A stretch of DNA of 64,000 bases, taken from positions 125-64,124 of the forward strand of contig CAYGUK010000005.1 in NCBI GenBank assembly GCA_964352985.1. Direction: 5' to 3'. This DNA is from an uncultured Legionellales bacterium (lineage in GTDB: Bacteria; Pseudomonadota; Gammaproteobacteria; JAHCLG01). Made by a program: the position numbers and the translations under genes. Shown here in pieces: positions 58,845 through 64,000 of the stretch (the first letter of the stretch is position 1; each line of letters begins with the position of its first letter). The notes beneath the pieces are model-generated. The model was given only the letters and a program-made list of their open reading frames with translations, made no database searches and was not told the origin of the DNA.

Positions 58845-59087
58845 GTGAGGCTGGTGTCTTCTCGGTATGGTTTAACATGTTTGCAGTTGATGATGATGCA
58901 ACATTTTGCTGTGTCGATTCTGTGGGATTTAACCCACACCTTTTATGGAGTACTCAACATGAGTAAATACTATAAACGTGGAAGAGACTCTCGAACTGGC
59001 AGATTCATAACTGTCAAAGAAGCAGAACGTCGTAAAGCTACGACAACTGTAGAAAGAGTTCCTCGAAGTAAGAAGAAATCTAAATAA
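58845..59087 (+). CDS. Small basic hypothetical protein.
   Basis: 80-aa ORF. The C-terminal half is Lys/Arg-rich. Confidence 0.2.
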   Translation: MRLVSSRYGLTCLQLMMMQHFAVSILWDLTHTFYGVLNMSKYYKRGRDSRTGRFITVKEAERRKATTTVERVPRSKKKSK

Positions 59088-59472
59088 TATTTAGGTTTTA
59101 ATACCAGCTTCACTTTAATTCTGGGTTAGCCACAGTAAATAATTTGAAAATTAAATTACCCGAATAAATTCTTAAATAGCTACCAGAAGTCTCAATTTTA
59201 TCAATAGCGCAAGTTTTACATTTATTTTTCGACTCACAAACCATAATTTTTTTTTCTTATTGGTATGATAGCAATTGTATAATTACGAATTAATTTATTA
59301 CAGCCATCAAGATGGCAATGGAAATAACTTATTCCCTTAAAAACCAATGGGCTTTTGCCATCATATATGTGCAATTTAGCAGCAATAATATTTGAACTAA
59401 TAAAATAATAAGATTAAAAAAAATATTCTATTGGTTAACATTAAAGTTTTTCCCTAAATAAAAAAATAATTT

Positions 59473-59865
59473 TCAAAAACTAGAATTATCAAATGCTCTT
59501 GCAACACATCTATTTCTTACCAAAAATACTTTCTTAATAAGGGTTTTAATCTCCTTATCTTTTTCTTTCCTAATCATTTCATTTTTATCTTTAAGTATAA
59601 TATACACATAAGATTCGAATGTTAGAACGTGAGGCAGCTCATCTCTAAGACAAGAACAAAATATTACATTTCCAACGGCTTTTAAACAGCCATAGTATCG
59701 TTTGATATCGATATTCTTGGAGATCGCTTTATATTGCTCCGCTGCTGCTAATCCTTGCTCAATCTGCTGTGATTGTTCAATAGACTTAAAATCATGGTTG
59801 GTCGCATGTACCAAAGTAAATACAAACATACTAACTAATATAATACATGAAAATTTAATATGCAT
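59473..59865 (-). CDS. Secreted hypothetical protein.
   Basis: Signal peptide 'MHIKFSCIILVSMFVFTLVHA'. 130 aa, several Cys. Confidence 0.3.
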   Translation of the reverse strand: MHIKFSCIILVSMFVFTLVHATNHDFKSIEQSQQIEQGLAAAEQYKAISKNIDIKRYYGCLKAVGNVIFCSCLRDELPHVLTFESYVYIILKDKNEMIRKEKDKEIKTLIKKVFLVRNRCVARAFDNSSF

Positions 59866-59974
59866 TGCCTGCTCCTCTGACGCTTATTAATTAGTATAAA
59901 ATAAATTTGATTTATTAAAAGTTATCACTCGCTCGAACAATGACATTTTGGACACTATAAGAAATATAAAAATA

Positions 59975-60574
59975 CTAAAAAATATCTTCCGAAATTTTAC
60001 CCAATCGCACCGGATTATCTTCCACGTATTTCGCGGTCATCGTAATTGAGCGATGTCCCATTAATGTTGAGACCGCTTTGATATCAACGCCCTTCTCGAT
60101 TAAGCGTGTTGCAAATGTGCGTCGCCCGGAATGAGAGCTTGCCCCTTTAATACCTGCCAGTTGATATAAATGATACAACAATTGTTGTATCGAGTTTGGT
60201 GAAAATCGCCCTGCTTTTTGTGATAAAAATAATGGCCGCTCTGGATGGTAAGGAAAATCGTGTTTTGGTTTTGTTTCTTCTATGTAAGTAGCTAAGGCTT
60301 TTCGTAACTTGGAATTAGTGAGATAAAGAAAGCGAGCACTCTCCCCTTTTACTTGCAAGCTATTCATAAACGCTTGGTCATAGATTTTTTGTTGTACACA
60401 ATCAAAAACATCACCCAGGTTGAGCAATGCCAGTTCTTTTGCGCGTAATCCCAACCCAAAAGAAAAATACAGTATTGTGATATTACGGTTTGCGTGTTGC
60501 CCAGATTGCGCAACACGCAAAAGTCGTTTAAATTCATCGTCGGTTAATACTTTCGCTTTCCCTTGCTTGGCCAT
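59975..60574 (-). CDS. Short tyrosine recombinase (catalytic domain only; FimB/ResD-like size).
   Basis: 'LRAKELALL' (box I Arg), 'SSHSGRRTFATRLIEKGVDIKAVSTLMGHRSITMTAKY' (H-x-x-R ... H ... Y). 199 aa. Confidence 0.7.
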   Translation of the reverse strand: MAKQGKAKVLTDDEFKRLLRVAQSGQHANRNITILYFSFGLGLRAKELALLNLGDVFDCVQQKIYDQAFMNSLQVKGESARFLYLTNSKLRKALATYIEETKPKHDFPYHPERPLFLSQKAGRFSPNSIQQLLYHLYQLAGIKGASSHSGRRTFATRLIEKGVDIKAVSTLMGHRSITMTAKYVEDNPVRLGKISEDIF

Positions 60575-60607
60575 TTATCCTCCAGTTTATTAACTAACTC
60601 AATTTAA

Positions 60608-60841
60608 CTATTTCTTGCCTGGAGTAAGCTGAGTACTTGTGCCTTCTTCCTGAACATGACGAATAACAGCGGATGCATTAGGAGCAACTCTAAATTCTCC
60701 ATCTGCTATATTTGCTGGTACAGACAAATCACCTGATGTAATCATAGCATTATTCACCCGTAGTAATTCGGCTTTAGTGTAAGTAAATTTTCCACCGTGT
60801 TGTTGCTTACCTATTTTTAATTTATCTGCATCATGAGGCAT
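60608..60841 (-). CDS. Small hypothetical protein upstream of and co-oriented with the short recombinase.
   Basis: 77-aa ORF. Confidence 0.3.
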   Translation of the reverse strand: MPHDADKLKIGKQQHGGKFTYTKAELLRVNNAMITSGDLSVPANIADGEFRVAPNASAVIRHVQEEGTSTQLTPGKK

Positions 60842-61053
60842 TATGTATCTTTTCCTTTTAAAATTGTAAGAAAGTCATGTTAAAAAAATATTGGGTAAAT
60901 AATCACCAAAATTAAACATTGGCGATTAAAACTAAGTTACTGCACATTTTAAGGATATAACAGCAGAATAGGTTAAAAATACCATAAAACAATAGTATTA
61001 ACATATTAATTTTTAAGCTTCGTTTTTACCTGTCTAAGAGGCCGCATAAACAC

Positions 61054-61091
61054 TGATAATCTGTTAAAAGTATACTTTTAACAGATTATCA
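61054..61091. repeat. Perfect 38-bp palindrome (19-bp arms, no spacer): TGATAATCTGTTAAAAGTA|TACTTTTAACAGATTATCA.
   Basis: Exact reverse-complement symmetry read directly from the sequence. It lies about 105 bp upstream of the coiled-coil gene and about 480 bp from the short recombinase. Confidence 0.85.
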
Positions 61092-61196
61092 ATTTCAGGC
61101 TAAACCCTTGCTTTGTATTAATGGCAAAACGCGGTAAAATAATCAAGACCGAGAAATCAAGGCTGATTATTCCAATAACTGCGAGGTATTTTTTGT

Positions 61197-61781
61197 ATGG
61201 CTAAAAACAGGGAAATAGTAATTAACCGCTATGAAGAGAATCAGAAAGCAAAAGGCATCGTCGTATTTAAGCTTAGACTACATGAAAAATACCGAGACAG
61301 ATTTCGTAACATTGCAGAACAAAAAGAAATTGAGCTTAGAGAAGATCTAAACGTAGATCTCCGTACAGTAGAAGCTTTAGCAAATCGATTAACACTTGAG
61401 GAAATGATGGATCATGATTGGCAAAAGTTTACTCAACTAAAGAATATTATAGAGGAAAAAAGCATTGCATTGGCTAAATCCCTCCCCTACTATATTAAAG
61501 AATCGCCTGATCAAGATACCAATATTCCTGAGCCCATTAAACAATTACCAGATGATCCTTTTGAGCTAAAGCGACGACTAGCATTGAGTGAAAAAGCACG
61601 AATTGATGCACATAATGAAATCCAACAATTAAAAGAAAAATGCAAAAATTTAAAAAACAAACTGAAAAATATAGAAAGGGTCTATCAGCAACAAATTGAA
61701 ATAAATGATGCACAAGAAAATACGATTAAAAATTTAACAGCAATATTAAATGATTATGATTTACCTTACGACTTAATCTAA
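61197..61781 (+). CDS. Coiled-coil protein, possibly a KfrA-like DNA-binding/plasmid-maintenance protein.
   Basis: 194 aa, rich in heptad-type E/K/L repeats. Positional association with the par region. The assignment is weak. Confidence 0.3.
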   Translation: MAKNREIVINRYEENQKAKGIVVFKLRLHEKYRDRFRNIAEQKEIELREDLNVDLRTVEALANRLTLEEMMDHDWQKFTQLKNIIEEKSIALAKSLPYYIKESPDQDTNIPEPIKQLPDDPFELKRRLALSEKARIDAHNEIQQLKEKCKNLKNKLKNIERVYQQQIEINDAQENTIKNLTAILNDYDLPYDLI

Positions 61782-61870
61782 TGCCTACATGCTCAAATAT
61801 TAAATTTATAAATTAGATCCTGAAAAATGTTGGTAGCCATTTAAACATATCCAAAATATTAAGAATTTAA

Positions 61871-62648
61871 ACGGTAAACAATTATTGTTTAGGAACAACT
61901 TTTGAATAAAAAAAACGGTAAACAAGCAAATAAGGAAAAAGATCATATGGCACAATAAACGGTAAACAGAGGAAACTTTCAGCTTAACAACGGTAAACAA
62001 ACGGTAAACAATACAAGCAATAACTATTTAGTTAACTTAAACTACTTTCTAAAATAAGGATATTAACTACATAAAACGGTAAACAACATCGCGTCAAATA
62101 ATAATTATTATACAATTAGTTAGACATCTACGGTAAACAATAAAAAACTGTTCGCAGATGAACAGATAATTAAAAGGAAAGCACAAAATGAGCCCCTATT
62201 TAATGGTAAACAAACGGTAAACATTAATCATAACGAGATACGTAAACGGTAAACAAATATATAAAGGATAAAATTTTTAATCATTTAAAACGGTAAACAA
62301 ATTTATTTTACAGGGCGTCTGCTTAAACATTGAACGGTAAACAATAGAGTTTAAACGGTAAACAATCGGTGAACAAACGGTAAATATTTCAGTAAATATT
62401 AATATTATAAATTCAATATCTTAAATAATAACGGTAATCAAACGGTAAACAATGTACAATTTCTAAATTTTGTAAATTTAATTACACCTTTTAACGGTAA
62501 ACAAAGCGGTATCACAACGATAAACAAACGGTAAACAAATTGGTAACATTTAATAATTTTATTACTTTGATTTAATGTATTATTTAAGTTAACGGTAAAC
62601 AAGCGGTAAACAAAGTGGTATCACAACTAGTATCAGAAGTGGTAACAA
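61871..62648. repeat. Iteron array: at least 20 copies of an 11-bp ACGGTAAACAA motif and close variants (GCGGTAAACAA, AATGGTAAACAA, GTGGTATCACAA) over about 780 bp, with irregular spacing, upstream of parA.
   Basis: Copies start at 61871, 61915, 61959, 61990, 62001, 62076, 62130, 62202, 62214, 62246, 62290, 62334, 62355, 62366, 62377, 62431, 62442, 62494, 62518, 62528, 62592, 62603, 62614 and 62638. Confidence 0.85.
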
Positions 62649-62738
62649 TTGATGCTAATAGTAGTATTTATTAATAAATTTAAAATAATACTATTAATTT
62701 AAAATGAGATAATGATTTAAATATTTTAAACTTAATGT

Positions 62739-62766
62739 TTGACATAGTTTAAGTTTTTAGTAAAAT
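62739..62766 (+). promoter_or_regulatory. Putative sigma70 promoter of parA (TTGACA-16-TAAAAT), embedded in an AAACTTAA / TTAAGTTT inverted repeat.
   Basis: TTGACA at 62739-62744, TAAAAT at 62761-62766. Flanking AAACTTAA (62728-62735) and TTAAGTTT (62748-62755) form a dyad across the -35. Confidence 0.4.
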
Positions 62767-62802
62767 TTAAGAAAATCTTAAACTTACTGTGGAAACGGAT
62801 TT

Positions 62803-63849
62803 ATGAAATCTTCTAATTATGGAAATTTGAATACCCAACCCAAAATAGCAATTGCAAATGTAGCAGACTTTCTAGGTGTAACCACTCAAGCTGTGCATAA
62901 ACAATTAAAAGACCGTAATATCGTCTGTCCAAGAATGGGAAATAAATTATTTATTAATTTTGAAATCGCAAGAAAATTACTAGGGATTAATTTTCACAAG
63001 AAGAAAATAGTAGGGCAGATTGTTAAGGGTGGTACAGGTAAAACTACAGCGATTGATAATATTTCTAGTTGTGCTAATTCATATGGCGCACGTGTATTAA
63101 AAATAGATGCTGATCCTCAAGGAAATTTAACTGACGCAAATGGAGTTGATGCAGAAGAATTACCAGTGCTCATTGACGCCATTAAAAATGATGTAACTAT
63201 AAGCGAGTGTATTGTTAATCTTGCGCCTGGAATGGATTTGATCCCAAGTAGAATAGAAAATGTAATTTTAGATAATGAAATTGTTAATAAAAGATTACCG
63301 TTGGATAAGCTATATTCAAATCTTTTACATGAAATTGAAGATAATTACGATTTTATTTTTATTGATTGTCCTCCAACTATGGGACAGGCTGTTACAGCTG
63401 CAAGTCTATATGCAGATATAATACTAGCACCTTTGAATCCTGATCAGTTTAGTGCAAAAGGTCTTAAAATACTTAGGAATGAAATTAAGACATTGAATGA
63501 CAATTTTTTTAAGGATAAAGCTAAGAAAATTGAATATAAGATTTTTCTTAACAAATTTAGTGGTAAAACATTGCTTTCTGATAAAGCTCTTTATTCCTTA
63601 CTTAGCGATCCCGATTTGGATAATAGATTACTGCCAAATACAATACAGTATACCCAGGAGATCCCAAATATTACTGATGAAAGTAAAAACCTTTTTTCAG
63701 TATTAAAGAAATCAGTAGTTCGTGATGACTTTGATCAAATAACTAAAAGTTTACTCGATATCGAACCTGTAAAATTATCTAAAAAGGATAATAATACTGT
63801 CAGCATAAAGAATAGTTTTGAAGTCCAAGAAGAGGTTGCTAGCGCATAA
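62803..63849 (+). CDS. parA: ParA/SopA-family partition ATPase with an N-terminal HTH (type Ia-like).
   Basis: Deviant Walker A 'KGGTGKTT'. N-terminal 'VADFLGVTTQAVHKQLK' HTH. 'FIDCPPT' (Walker B region). 348 aa. Confidence 0.85.
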   Translation: MKSSNYGNLNTQPKIAIANVADFLGVTTQAVHKQLKDRNIVCPRMGNKLFINFEIARKLLGINFHKKKIVGQIVKGGTGKTTAIDNISSCANSYGARVLKIDADPQGNLTDANGVDAEELPVLIDAIKNDVTISECIVNLAPGMDLIPSRIENVILDNEIVNKRLPLDKLYSNLLHEIEDNYDFIFIDCPPTMGQAVTAASLYADIILAPLNPDQFSAKGLKILRNEIKTLNDNFFKDKAKKIEYKIFLNKFSGKTLLSDKALYSLLSDPDLDNRLLPNTIQYTQEIPNITDESKNLFSVLKKSVVRDDFDQITKSLLDIEPVKLSKKDNNTVSIKNSFEVQEEVASA

Positions 63850-63850
63850 G

Positions 63851-64000
63851 GAGTGGCAACATGCCAAAATTGGAAGAATTAATGGCTAGTCGGAGTAAAA
63901 AATTTGTAAAAAAAACATATCGTCCATGGGATTTAAGTGGTGAAAACAATGTTGATGCTGAACGTCTTCCTGAAAGTGAAACATCTAAATCTAAAAAAAC
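63851..64000 (+). CDS. 5' portion of the gene downstream of parA, probably parB. It runs off the window.
   Basis: ATG at 63851, two nt after the parA stop. Only about 50 codons are visible, so no motif can be confirmed. Confidence 0.3.

Noticed and set aside
61871-62648. CRISPR array interpretation of the repeat field.
   Set aside because: The repeat unit is only 11 bp. Spacing is irregular (0-60 bp) with tandem doublets. There are no uniform spacers or cas genes. It is iteron/centromere-like, not CRISPR.

Overview
The window is AT-rich, mosaic accessory DNA that looks like a Legionella-type conjugative element (ICE or plasmid), and almost every region is mobile or cargo. From 5' to 3':

(1) Hypothetical genes, including a large N-terminally membrane-anchored protein. 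A PF01637/DUF234-type ATPase is preceded by a GTGAAC-repeat operator-like element. A VOC-family gene and a tyrosine recombinase follow.

(2) A complete Tn3-family transposon of about 18.1 kb (10255..28367), bounded by 38-bp terminal inverted repeats and a 5-bp AAAGT target duplication. It carries tnpA, a co-oriented tyrosine recombinase, a MerR/CueR-like regulator with thiol-redox genes, a Cus-like HME-RND pump (CusB-CusF fusion plus CusA), a short CDF, and a Czc-like system (ArsR-CzcC-CzcB-CzcA).

(3) A P-type (Trb, Ti/Tn4371 gene order) type IV secretion system, trbB-C-D-E-J-L-F-G-I, plus an outer-membrane protein, a TraG/VirD4 coupling protein and a UvrD-like helicase, all on the minus strand. 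No relaxase is recognisable in the window.

(4) An lvr-like regulatory module: a winged-HTH protein, a LuxR-HTH protein and a CsrA paralog.

(5) A YcaO-TfuA pair (thioamidation-type chemistry) with an unusually long TfuA, convergent with an unknown 449-aa protein and an MFS-like transporter.

(6) An S1/P1 nuclease gene whose 3' end is duplicated as a ~95-bp direct repeat around a small ORF, then DUF1232 and GNAT genes.

(7) A Tn554-like module of two tandem tyrosine recombinases plus a small HTH protein.

(8) A plasmid-like maintenance region: a short tyrosine recombinase, a perfect 38-bp palindrome, a coiled-coil KfrA-like protein, a ~780-bp array of at least 20 ACGGTAAACAA iterons, then parA (with N-terminal HTH) and the start of a downstream ORF that is probably parB.

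All calls rest on motifs read from the translations and the DNA; no database search was possible.
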